Positions 51,853-63,491 of a DNA stretch of 63,491 nucleotides are shown in pieces (the stretch's first letter is position 1; each line of letters begins with the position of its first letter). Both the position numbers and the translations under genes were made by a program. This DNA comes from Octopus bimaculoides (lineage: Eukaryota), in the NCBI RefSeq assembly GCF_001194135.2, contig NC_069001.1, forward strand, positions 27,114,363 to 27,177,853. Direction: 5' to 3'. A model generated the notes under the pieces. The model saw only the letters and a list, made by a program, of their open reading frames with translations. It was not told the DNA's origin and made no database searches.

Positions 51853-52746
51853 GCACGCATACACACATGTACATACATGCATACATATACATATATATAT
51901 ACATATAGTCCAAGAAAGTTAGGGGTTGTGAATCCAACCCACTAAGGGATAATATTTATCCAATATACTGCCGGAAGGATACCCAATTATTATTACGCTA
52001 GTGTTTTTACCAAGTGCAATAAATGTGTGCGGGTAAAAGGACATTTTACCCTTAATTTACATAGCAATAAGAAAATGGAGGGGAATATGTGGTACTCATC
52101 AATTTGCAGACATTGCATTATGTCAATTTACCTGTTTATTTTTCAACTAAGAGGACAATAAAAACAATATACAAACACACTAGTGACCGAAATGTCATTC
52201 ACAAAGCTTTCCTTGCTCCGGAAGAAGTAGTAGAAGAGATTTGCGCAAGTACCTACACAGTGGGACTGAACCACGTGCTTTTTATCACACATCTACACCT
52301 GCGCTTACGTATGTGTGTGTTTGTTTGTTTTTTTGTTTGTTTGTTTCTTTGTTTATTTGTCTGTGTGTGTGTGTGAGTGTTTGTGTTTTCTCCACACTAC
52401 AAAACAAACGCTGTTTGTCTACGTCCTTTCAACTAAGAAAACAGTAACACTACCGTCGATTTTTTTTTCGACCAAATTGGTACCTTAGTATGACATTAGT
52501 CCCATAACTGAAAGGAGTAAAAGAATAAGAGAATAATAACGGCAAATTTAATTTTCTATAAGACAGCGATCCTATGCCTCAACAGTTTATATACTCAATG
52601 AGTTCGAAGTTCTTCTGGTTCAACATTAAGTTACTACCGACAGAACTGTTAGAATTTTCTAGATACTACAATGTTGATTGGTTCTCAGCAATATTGCACC
52701 AATGACAAAATTACCATTATCCAGTATACCTTAAGAGAAGATATGG

Positions 52747-52764
52747 TTAGGGTTAGGGTTAGGG
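52747..52764 (+). repeat. (TTAGGG)3 telomere-like repeat
   Basis: ttagggttagggttaggg. Confidence 0.85.
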
Positions 52765-54992
52765 TAATGGTTTACTATCTGTCGCATTTCAGCCACTACA
52801 TAGTAGTATTGTCATTGATACCCAGTAGATCGAAGAGACGGTAATAGTTGTCTGCTCCAAACCACACTAAGAATGAAGCAATGGTTACTCTTAAACTGCT
52901 TCGTTTCACTCCTTCAGTGTGTCGGACATGGTTAACAATACATACTATACTCTGGATGTATTTTTCTTGAATTATTATTTGGTGATCCGATGATTAGTAT
53001 TTACTAATTAAAAAAAAATAATAGTAATACTCATATATCAAAATCACAGTAAAATCGAAGACAACTAATGATGATTGTCGCCAAGCATAACGAAAGTTGG
53101 GCAAAACGTCTTCACTTGCTGAAAGAAGCCTAAAATATTTCACTTAAGCAAATCGTTCATTTATCTTTTATAAAGTTAAAGACAGACAAGACCGAATTTA
53201 GGAACGAGAAGCCATAAATGCTGAAATTTAAAGCGGTCTTATTTTGAAGGATTTAACAGAGAATAAAATTCTGCAACAACTGAAAACGGCAAATGAAATC
53301 TGTGAATGATCATTTTCTTTTCCTAGCAATTAGGTTTCATTTATTAATTAAGATAATTGGAGTAAAGCAGTATTTCAGTGCAACTTCAAGTGAAAAAAAA
53401 AGTAACAAAACAATTGTCAGTTTTTGAAAGAAACCCTAAAGTGTTATGATTATATCTGACTCTCTTTAAGAGAATAGCGAACGAGTAACAAAAAGAAATT
53501 GAGACGTATTCAATGAGGTGAACGGAAATTTGTTGGTACATATTCATTTGAGAAGAAGACGGATGAAATAGTAATTATGCTACAGGCACAACAATTTCTT
53601 GAAAAGTTCTCTAGAAAATTATTCAAACCACTATCTGGAGTTAAAAAGGATTTTGAAGGAAATATTTCATAAAGTGTATATACTGTGAAAATACTGGAAA
53701 ATATATTCTGCAGAGTAGTAATAAGAAAATAATAGAATGTAAAATGTTTTGGCATTAGTTATTCACTATTACACGCTTTTCATTTAGTAATAGGAATTAC
53801 AAAATTGTACATATAGTTGAAATCATGTAAGATATCTCCTATTAAAATTCCTTCAGACAGAGAATCAAACAGAGAAGCAAAAACTACAATTATTTGATTC
53901 TCTGTCTGAAGAATTTCGAATGGGAGATATCTTTCCTGTTTTCTAATACATTGTACAATTGAAACAATTGTGCAACGCTTGTTAGGTGATGAAACACCTG
54001 TAACGGTAAATAAATAATACCAAAAGAAATTCCAATCTTCTGTTTTGATATATATATATATATACATATACATATTTGTTTTGCAAAACACACACACACA
54101 TGAACAAATAAATAANNNNNNNNNNNNNNNNNNNNNNNNNNNNNNNNNNNNNNNNNNNNNNNNNNNNNNNNNNNNNNNNNNNNNNNNNNNNNNNNNNNNN
54201 NNNNNNNNNNNNNNNNNNNNNNNNNNNNNNNNNNNNNNNNNNNNNNNNNNNNNNNNNNNNNNNNNNNNNNNNNNNNNNNNNNNNNNNNNNNNNNNNNNNN
54301 NNNNNNNNNNNNNNNNNNNNNNNNNNNNNNNNNNNNNNNNNNNNNNNNNNNNNNNNNNNNNNNNNNNNNNNNNNNNNNNNNNNNNNNNNNNNNNNNNNNN
54401 NNNNNNNNNNNNNNNNNNNNNNNNNNNNNNNNNNNNNNNNNNNNNNNNNNNNNNNNNNNNNNNNNNNNNNNNNNNNNNNNNNNNNNNNNNNNNNNNNNNN
54501 NNNNNNNNNNNNNNNNNNNNNNNNNNNNNNNNNNNNNNNNNNNNNNNNNNNNNNNNNNNNNNNNNNNNNNNNNNNNNNNNNNNNNNNNNNNNNNNNNNNN
54601 NNNNNNNNNNNNNNNNNNNNNNNNNNNNNNNNNNNNNNNNNNNNNNNNNNNNNNNNNNNNNNNNNNNNNNNNNNNNNNNNNNNNNNNNNNNNNNNNNNNN
54701 NNNNNNNNNNNNNNNNNNNNNNNNNNNNNNNNNNNNNNNNNNNNNNNNNNNNNNNNNNNNNNNNNNNNNNNNNNNNNNNNNNNNNNNNNNNNNNNNNNNN
54801 NNNNNNNNNNNNNNNNNNNNNNNNNNNNNNNNNNNNNNNNNNNNNNNNNNNNNNNNNNNNNNNNNNNNNNNNNNNNNNNNNNNNNNNNNNNNNNNNNNNN
54901 NNNNNNNNNNNNNNNNNNNNNNNNNNNNNNNNNNNNNNNNNNNNNNNNNNNNNNNNNNNNNNNNNNNNNNNNNNNNNNNNNNNNNNNNNNNN

Positions 54993-55030
<38 letters not shown>

Positions 55031-55156
55031 ATTTGTATGTTGTGTGTGTGTGTGTATTCTCTTTACTGAATAACGATTCTAATGGCACTGTTTATTTGAC
55101 ATTGAACGTCAAATTAGACGCGTTTTTCAAGGTATTGTTGTTTTTTCTATTTATAG

Positions 55157-55261
55157 GTAGTTTTCGACGGATTATCGGGCAGAGTAATGTTCGATCATAA
55201 AGGAGAGAGATCAGATTTTTCCTTGAATGTTTTGAAGTTAAAAGAACAAGGTTTGTCAAAG
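55157..55261 (+). CDS. GRIK2: Third GRIK-like ATD exon: VVFDGLSGRVMFDHKGERSDFSLNVLKLKEQGLSK
   Basis: ttatag acceptor, gtgagt donor; 105 nt, phase 0-0. Matches GluK2 [36 protein letters not shown]. Splices in frame with the two upstream exons (143 aa open). Confidence 0.95.
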
Positions 55262-55394
55262 GTGAGTGGTACTTTGTTTCTAAGTGCTTCGATAAAATTC
55301 CATTTTTATTCATATGACAGCATGAAAATCACTCATAGATATATACATGCATTAAATTCATACGCACACAAACATACACGCTCACACACACACA

Positions 55395-55529
<135 letters not shown>

Positions 55530-56570
55530 TCACTCTCACACACACAGCAGCGTGGATAATTCTGTGCTGATATTCATATATGAATATGGGTGTGTGTGTG
55601 TGTGTGTTTGTGTAAGAGAAGTAGAGAGAGACTCGCATATATACAGACATCGATTAAAGCATCCTTCTGAAATTACATTTAGATAATGAGATTGTTTCAT
55701 ATTCTCTTATTTTGCTATCGTAGCTTAAAGAGTTGATCGCTCATTCTTGTTTGTCCTAGCCTACATAATATATTCTTTATTATTATTTTTCATTTTGTTT
55801 TGGTCTTTTACTTTACATTTTTACTGTGTTATGCGTATTCCGTTCCTTATTAATAAATCGTATACGTGTGCTGATAATTCTTTGCAGAATATTTATGTTT
55901 GTTATTAAATCTTTGCTATCTAACCTTGTTCTCTGCTGTATCAAATATTGTATTACAAATGTTTCATGCTGTATGTGCATGGTGTGTTGGTCGAAGTATG
56001 TCATTCATGCCTAACCAATATTACAGTTGTAGTCATGAAGTTAACAACGTTCATATTTGCGATCGAATTTGTAAAACATTCTTCATTAATGATCTACACA
56101 CGGTCTTACAGGAATTTGGCAACTTTGACTGTGTACCAGATTTCCTAATATACATAATGTCAATGATGAAATCCTTCGTCTGAACAGCATTTAAATTCTT
56201 TTTCACAAATGATGTAGTAGATATAGTACATTACAAAACAAAAGAAACACCAGGCAGTACAGTCATTCATAGAAGCTAACACTTGCAGACACTAGAACAA
56301 TATGAATACAAGTACGACACAAATACATCAGCAGCATCGGTTAAAAATACACAAACCAATACACAAAGCGTGTTCCATGCATCCAATACATATTAACTAT
56401 AGGATAGATGGACAGGTTACCAACATATATATATGAAGCAGGAGACAAGCTTCATTACACTAAACCATAATCTAACGCTAATAAAAGATTACAAGCTATT
56501 AATGATCAATGTAATTTTCAAATTCTGTTGTGAAAGTAAAATAAAAGTCATAAACTCCACGACTCCAATT

Positions 56571-56621
<51 letters not shown>

Positions 56622-56677
56622 GCAAGTTGGTGAGTGCCTGTATATGAACATACATACATATAGATATATATACATAC

Positions 56678-56727
<50 letters not shown>

Positions 56728-58190
56728 ATGAACAAAAATTAAAGTGTTCGTCATCAATTAGGGTACATAATATATCAGTAAATTTGCATACGATTTTAAT
56801 TATCATCAATAATAAAATTTCATGTTTATAAAAATATATATGTATGTGTGTATGCCCGCGTGCGTGTGTATGTTAATGGGCTTAAGATCGTGTCAGGTAG
56901 TATTGATTTGTATGTTCAGGGAAGACATTTTATGGTGAGAGAAAATATATTTAATTTTTATGGCAGCTCTGAGCATAAAAGCCTGAAAGTCCGAAGAATG
57001 CAAAAGCATTCTTAATTCTTATTCAAGGTGATGAGAATTAAGGTCGTGAAGAAAAGAATCTAACAAGGTCAAACTTTTATTGAAATATCATTCACGTTGT
57101 TTTACGTTGGATTTTGTTTTGTTCGATCGTAATTTTATTTCCTTGTTAATTTAACTCGTATTTGGATGGACAAGTCACATTCACGTATATCTTAAAAGTA
57201 TTTCCGAGGTCGGACCCTGAATGATATATATTATGTGGTAGAACAGGGCCCTTAAGTTACAAGCACCAATCCAGTTGATGTTCACCCACAGCACACGTAA
57301 TTCACCGGGATACGGAAACACCGAGGCAGCGTGATTGCTTGACATCACTTCATGTCACCTCAGTCAATGCTATCATGAACCGACCAATCTCATAAGAGCA
57401 CAAGCTTCAAATTATTGACCACACTGTGTGTTGATAGATATGCATGATATTTTCACAAACTCATTTTAGAATGATAAAGTTTGTAGCACTAAGGCTGTAA
57501 TTATTTGCCACTCTTTATATACAGTATATCTGTTAATTTTATATAAGCCAAACGACTGGGAGATAGAAATATTACTTTTAAATCATGTTCGCGATTTGGA
57601 AGTATCTCTGATAGATCTCTCGAACTCCGATTTATCTCTTTAAGTAGATTAAAATGCTGTAGCCTCCGTCAGAGAGTTTTGAAAACAAATTTTGAAATCT
57701 GACAGAATTTAAACTTCTTGCGCTCTTGCACTTGTCAACTGTGATATTTCTGTAGGAAATGCCTGTGACATGAAGTATTAATTATCCAGCATAGAATGAC
57801 GACATGTAGATAGATGTACGTACCTGCTAGCTAAATTTCATGACAAGACTTTCTATAATCGTTAGAATCATGCAACACTGTCTGTAAAACTGTATCTAAG
57901 AAGTTTCAACAGAATTATCTAGGTTACGCTACTTCGTGTTTTTAGGTGAAATGTCTGAGCTCATACGATATATACTGCGTTAAAAACTATTATTTTTGTT
58001 CGTGAAGCTTCATTAAAGAAGTTCTTCTTCTGTGTATTTCTCAAAATTTTATTTGTAAATCGGTAAAGAGTAAATCTAAGGTTTATATAAGGACATACAC
58101 TAACGATGACTTCATGGAAATTGATAACAGAAACCAAGAACTTACATTATTTATATTTGACGGATATTTGTCCACATCTTGTTTGTGGTT

Positions 58191-58236
58191 AACACAACCT
58201 TTCGGCTGATATACTCTCCAGCCTTCGTCAGGTGTC
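58191..58236 (-). ncRNA. Minimal type I hammerhead motif, stem III mutated
   Basis: Minus strand: GACAC-CTGACGA-A-GGCTG(gagagtatat)CAGCC-GAA-AGGT-T-GTGTT. Confidence 0.6.
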
Positions 58237-58552
58237 TTGGGGAAATTTCGAACCTGGACTCTCGGTCCTAAAGTATATTTTGATGTTGTTGTTGTTGTTG
58301 TTGTTGTTATTATTATTATTATAATTATTATTCAGGTCACTGTCTGGAATCTAACTCGGAATCTTGGAGTTAGTAGCCCGCGCTCTTAACCAGTATGCCA
58401 TATGCCCGTGGGCGTAGTGGTTAAGAGCGCGGGCTGCTAAACTCAAGATTCCGAGTTCGATTCCAGGCAGTGACCTGAATAATAATAATAATAATAATAA
58501 CAACATCGAAAAATACCTTAGGAATGAGAACCCAGGTTCGAAATTTCCCTAA

Positions 58553-58598
58553 GACACCTGATGAAGGTTGGAGGGTATATCAGCCGAAATGTTGTGTT
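58553..58598 (+). ncRNA. Minimal type I hammerhead ribozyme motif
   Basis: GACAC-CTGATGA-A-GGTTG(gagggtatat)CAGCC-GAA-ATGT-T-GTGTT. Stem I GACAC/GTGTT, intact CUGAUGA core, 5-bp stem II; stem III ACGT has become ATGT. Confidence 0.7.
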
Positions 58599-60351
58599 AA
58601 CAACAAACACGATGAGGGCAAATATCCGTCAAATGTAAATAATGTACATAATTCCTCATCTCTTAAATATAAAACTGAACGAAGGACAATAATACATAAA
58701 ATACATAATAACTTTTAGCAAGCTAGCAGATATTTGGTGGCAATACTTTACGAAGGTTTCAATGCTATTCTCGGTTTATATATTTAAGCAAAGATGCCTC
58801 TGTTACAGTAGAGCTATGCAAGCTGGGGACAATTTCCAACTGTCACTAGGGCCATTAAATTCGATCCACTCAGTATCTTCCCTACTTTATCGCCAATCAT
58901 TAAGTGTACTTGACGAAATCTCATTAATTTGGCTTTTCTGAAGCAGAATATATCCGATTAGAAAGGCTTAGAATTTTTAAAGAATAATTTATTGGGGAAA
59001 GTGACTGAATCTATTCCATACAAACACATGTTAATGACAATAAAAGCCGAAGGAAGTTGGCTGCCGATTACTTCAAAACTATAAGAAATTATGAACTTAG
59101 CTCCATCAGAAGATATCGTAGACAGAGTGGAAGGTATGATACAGGAAGGTGCTCCAGCAGATAGTATGCAGATTCTCGGAAATAGGCTTGCACCATCCAC
59201 ACCCTGATAAAGAGTAGGAAAGCGCCATGAGCCACCATATGAAGACCATGATTTATTGTTTTATATAATGTTCTAATGAATGTCCTACTTAGTCTCTCGT
59301 ATAGTTATAATAATATTGTCTGTATGTATGTTTTGTGTTCGGTCATCTGATAATTTCTTTGTATCATAATAATAGAAATACAATGAATCTTTCTATGATT
59401 TAGCAGCTTGAGTCTACTGTTATCAATGTGTTCTAAACAGTTGTCTCAAGGAGTGGTTCTTAAGAGCTACTAGAATGTTCAATGAATTATGTTCTGCTTT
59501 ATACTAAGTAACCTCTTGCTTTATACTGCTTTACACTAAGTAGCCTCTGCTATACAGTAGGAAGAAAAAATAAGAGATTATCGAAGGTGGCAGGGTGATG
59601 ACGTTGTCAACGTGTGTAAGTTCAGTTCATAGTTGACACTTGGGTGTGAGGAGACTTGGAAAGAAACGAGTAAAATCAAGAAAGTGAATTCAGAAATGTA
59701 AGAAAAATGAAATATTAGTTGAAAACTTCATTTTCACACGTTTGTAATGTTCACTCAAAGCATATTCTAAAAACTCAATATGATCAATGTTCTTTTAACT
59801 GTTAACAAAACAAACAAAAACAACGACAAACCCCAAAGATATTCGTTCGACGAAAAGTTCCATGAGGAAAACGACCACTGCCAATTAACCAGCAATATAT
59901 TCCGACTTTGGTCGACGGTCAGTCTTGAAGTATTTTAGTACTTTCTTTTTTTTTTTCAATCTGGTACTTATTATGTCCAAGTTTTCTTTGCTGAACCTTT
60001 AAATTACAAGGACGCAAAACAAGGATAATAAATGTTTATGACTTTCCCACAATTGCAGGCTCTGAAATTACTTAAGTATATCAATGTGTTAAGTTTATCT
60101 CTTACATCTGACGTCTAGATACGAAACGATGTAGCTAAAGATCAGTGCTGACTATAATTTCTATAGAATACCTGTAGAAATAACTAACAAAATAATGCGA
60201 AGCGCACTGCTAACACAGTAGAACGTGGTACTGACTTATAAAAAACATTTAATATACCTAGTATATTATGTATATTATGCTTGCATAACGAAATACCACG
60301 TACCTACAAAACATTAATCTTAAGTATAGAACGTAAGATGTGATTCCATTC

Positions 60352-60482
60352 TACAGGGTGCCCCAAAAGTCTGGGTACACGGGGTAAATAAAATTATAAC
60401 ATAAACAATTAAATATAAGAAATGATAATTTCTTAAAGTATATATTAATCCCCATGTACCCAGACTTTGTGGACACCCTGTA
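60352..60482. mobile_element. Tc1/mariner-type MITE
   Basis: TA-CAGGGTGccccaaaagtctgggtacacgggg ... ccccatgtacccagactttgtggaCACCCTG-TA: about 31-bp TIRs with TA duplication. Confidence 0.85.
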
Positions 60483-60494
60483 GAATAAATTAAA

Positions 60495-60780
60495 ACTGGC
60501 ATTCCATGGGTTACGAGGACAAGGGTTTCAGTTGATCCGATCAACAGAACAGCTTGCTCGTGAAATTAACGTCTAAGTGGTTGAGGACTCCACAGACAAG
60601 TGTATCTTTAACTAGTTCTCAGGGAGATTCAGCGACACAGAATGTGACAAAGCTGATACAGGTACAGCTCAGTTTTGCCAGCTGACTGGACTGGAGCAAC
60701 GGAAAATAAACACGCCGCCAGGAATCGAAATCGCGACCTTATGATCGTGAGTCATATGCCTTAACCACTAAACCGCGCGT
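60495..60780 (-). mobile_element. Family-C SINE, 3' module type 1
   Basis: gatccgatcaacagaacagcttgctcgtgaaattaac...ggaatcgaaatcgcgacc..atgatcgtgag...taaccactaa. Confidence 0.8.
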
Positions 60781-61569
60781 AGTCATGAAGTAATACCAGG
60801 AATTTGCTCTTGATATATGTTTTGAATGTCTTCAGAATGATCGAATGTAAATTGGCATAAACCCACAACTCGGTCGTATTAGAGGTAGCAGTCACCTGCG
60901 TTCGACTATCACTTGATCAAACGTACGATGCTTTTGCGAATTGACGTTGGCGCCTGTGACCCACACTTTGACCCAATGACGCGTCCTGGATGTGACACTT
61001 GGAGAGAAAAAGAGAGAGGGAAGGATTTAGAGGTGAGGGAAAAGAGAAGACGGAATGACTTAGAGCGGAGGGAAAAGAATAGAGGGCGGAAGCACTTAGA
61101 ATGGAGGAAGACGAAGTGAGGGTGGAAGGAGAGAAGGGCAAAGAAAAATAGAGAAAAGTGAGAGAGAGAAGGAGACAGACAGACAGATGGACAGAGTGCA
61201 CAAATCCTCAGTTTCTATGCATTTTCAGCTGAGATAATTGTATCCACGTGAAATGTAGCGACCCGTTGAAACACAGCTCGCTGTAGGATCTCGAATTTAA
61301 AAATACAACATAATGATTGTGAATGGAAAATCCTAACCTCTAGGCAACGTACCATGCGTTGAAAAAATTCACATTTCGACCTATGTAGTCGAGGGACGGT
61401 CTCAGGAATTTTTCGACGGGATGGCAAAAGGTCAGAAGGGAATACAATTCCAGGAGAAAAGGGCATAATAGTATTATTTAGCAGGGCACACTTCTTTTCT
61501 TGAGGAGGGTACGTGCCCCTCAGCACCCACATACAACAGCTTGGATCCGCCCTTGCAGTCACATATTCT

Positions 61570-62455
61570 TTTATTTGTTTTTTACTTGTTTCATTCATTT
61601 AACTGCGGCTATGCTGAAGCACTGCCTGTAAGGGTCTTTTAGTCGAAGTAATCCACCCCAGGACTTATTCTTTGTAAGCCTAATACTTATCCTAACAGTC
61701 TCTTTTGCCGAACCATCAAGTTACGGGGACGTAAACACCCCAACATCGGTTGTCAAGTGATGGCTGGATGGAGGACAGACACAAGGACCAACACACACAC
61801 ACACACACACACATATATGCATTACTGTTAAAGTCTGTCATACCGGCCAAGACGAAGGGAAATAGCCCTGAAACTCGAGTCGCCTTTATATATTTATATA
61901 TTTATATTTATATATTTGATCCTTTATATCGAACTCTCAATATTTCATCTACATTCAATACTTTATTTCATGGTGCCATCCATTTTTATTTTATTTTATT
62001 TTATTTTATATTATATATTGTATATTATATTATATATTGTATATTCCATATTCTATGCAGGAATATAAATAAAGCATAAAANNNNNNNNNNNNNNNNNNN
62101 NNNNNNNNNNNNNNNNNNNNNNNNNNNNNNNNNNNNNNNNNNNNNNNNNNNNNNNNNNNNNNNNNNNNNNNNNNNNNNNNNNNNNNNNNNNNNNNNNNNN
62201 NNNNNNNNNNNNNNNNNNNNNNNNNNNNNNNNNNNNNNNNNNNNNNNNNNNNNNNNNNNNNNNNNNNNNNNNNNNNNTATATATATATATATATGACAGC
62301 CTTCTTTCCGTTTCCGTCTATCAGATCCATTCACAAGGCTTTGGTCGGCCCGAGGCTATTGTAGAAGACACTTGCACAAGGTGCCGCGCAGAGATACTGA
62401 ACCCGGAACTATGTGGTTGGGAAATGGGCTTCTTAAAACATAACCACGCTTGCAC
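61570..62455 (-). mobile_element. Family-A SINE split into a 3' half (61570-61790) and a 5' half (62296-62455) around other sequence and an N-gap
   Basis: Reverse complements of the family-A tail and head modules. Confidence 0.7.
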
Positions 62456-63005
62456 CTATATAAATACATATTTACGCATATTTGTGAATACCCAATTAGA
62501 TATAAACTCATACAATAACGTATGTTTCAATTGAAAGATTCTTACGTGTATGAGGTTCCATAAGAGATGCGAGTATCAAAGAATAAATGTAATATTCGTA
62601 TAGAAAATAAAGTTTTCAAGACAGTTATTTCCAATCGAAAACCTATTGTCATTATGAGTTCATTTCCATATCCTCCAGAAAAACTTACCATCCTCTGTTC
62701 ATGCTACTAACTTAATGATCTCTGTTGATGATAAATGATGTATAAATTAATACATATCGATTCCATAGTGCATAAGACGCCCATCAGCTAATTATGTAAT
62801 CCCTCATTTATTTCAAGGTTTTATTAAATATGTGCCGTTTTTCTTTTTTTTTTTCTGTGCATAACCTTTCAAAGAATTTTAAGAATGAACATGTGTTATA
62901 ACATGTAGAATGGTTCTTGCCAGAGGAATGAAATAAATTACCAGTCGAGAAATTACATAGATATCATATAATGTTCATTTAAAATTGGAACAATCGAATA
63001 CCAAT

Positions 63006-63037
<32 letters not shown>

Positions 63038-63162
63038 GCGTGAGTTCGTGTGTGTGTTGCGTGTGTTATCATATCTATATTGTACAACTACGGATATTTA
63101 ATTTACTGTTATATGTATGTTCTTATAAGTAAACGCACACAGACACACACACATGTATATAT

Positions 63163-63197
<35 letters not shown>

Positions 63198-63491
63198 CAT
63201 ATATATACAAGCACGAATATATATGCATGCATACACATATATATATATATATAGGTCTGTATGTACATATGTACACATGTATGCGTATGTACACATGTAT
63301 GTGCATATATGTGTGCGTATATATATATATATGTGCATATATATTTATGTGGATATGTGTGTGTATGCGTGTGTGACTGTATATTTACATCCAATAGATG
63401 CATACATAACACGCATACATCCATATATACATAAATACATACATTTCATACGTACGTACATACATACATACATGCATACATACATACATAC

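Larger units (their letters stand above)
58143..58680. mobile_element. Head-to-head palindromic dimer of a tRNA-headed, hammerhead-bearing non-autonomous retroelement
   Basis: About 58143-58399 is the reverse complement of about 58411-58647. Each arm has TAGTGGTTAAG (A box), GAGTTCGA/TAGATTC (B box), an (AAT/AAC)n tract and a hammerhead-like segment. Confidence 0.85.

Noticed and set aside
55157-55160. Alternative acceptor at ttatagGTAG (+4)
   Set aside because: It would frameshift the receptor, and there is no evidence from sequence alone.
58411-58475. tRNA gene (Ser-GCT-like anticodon loop CTGCTAA)
   Set aside because: No proper acceptor or anticodon stems, and it is embedded in a repeated element; treated as a SINE head.

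Overview
AT-rich, microsatellite-dense animal genomic DNA with about 15 N-gaps. The repeat content looks cephalopod, probably Octopus (inference). The only real gene I can support is a + strand kainate-type ionotropic glutamate receptor (GRIK-like), seen as three in-frame phase-0 exons of its amino-terminal domain (34877-35047, 51397-51549, 55157-55261). The rest is intronic: several tRNA-derived SINE families, RTE-type LINE remnants, Tc1/mariner-type MITEs and long fold-back elements. Most supplied ORFs are microsatellite or N-gap artefacts. The most unusual signal is a set of small non-autonomous repeats carrying minimal type I hammerhead-ribozyme motifs of the kind known from Penelope-like elements. 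One family fuses a tRNA-like Pol III head to the hammerhead. It occurs once as a monomer with an 11-bp target-site duplication (7.5 kb) and once as a head-to-head palindromic dimer (58.1-58.7 kb). A second family has a variant CUGUUGA core. All alignments were done by eye; repeat coordinates are approximate and ribozyme activity is untested.
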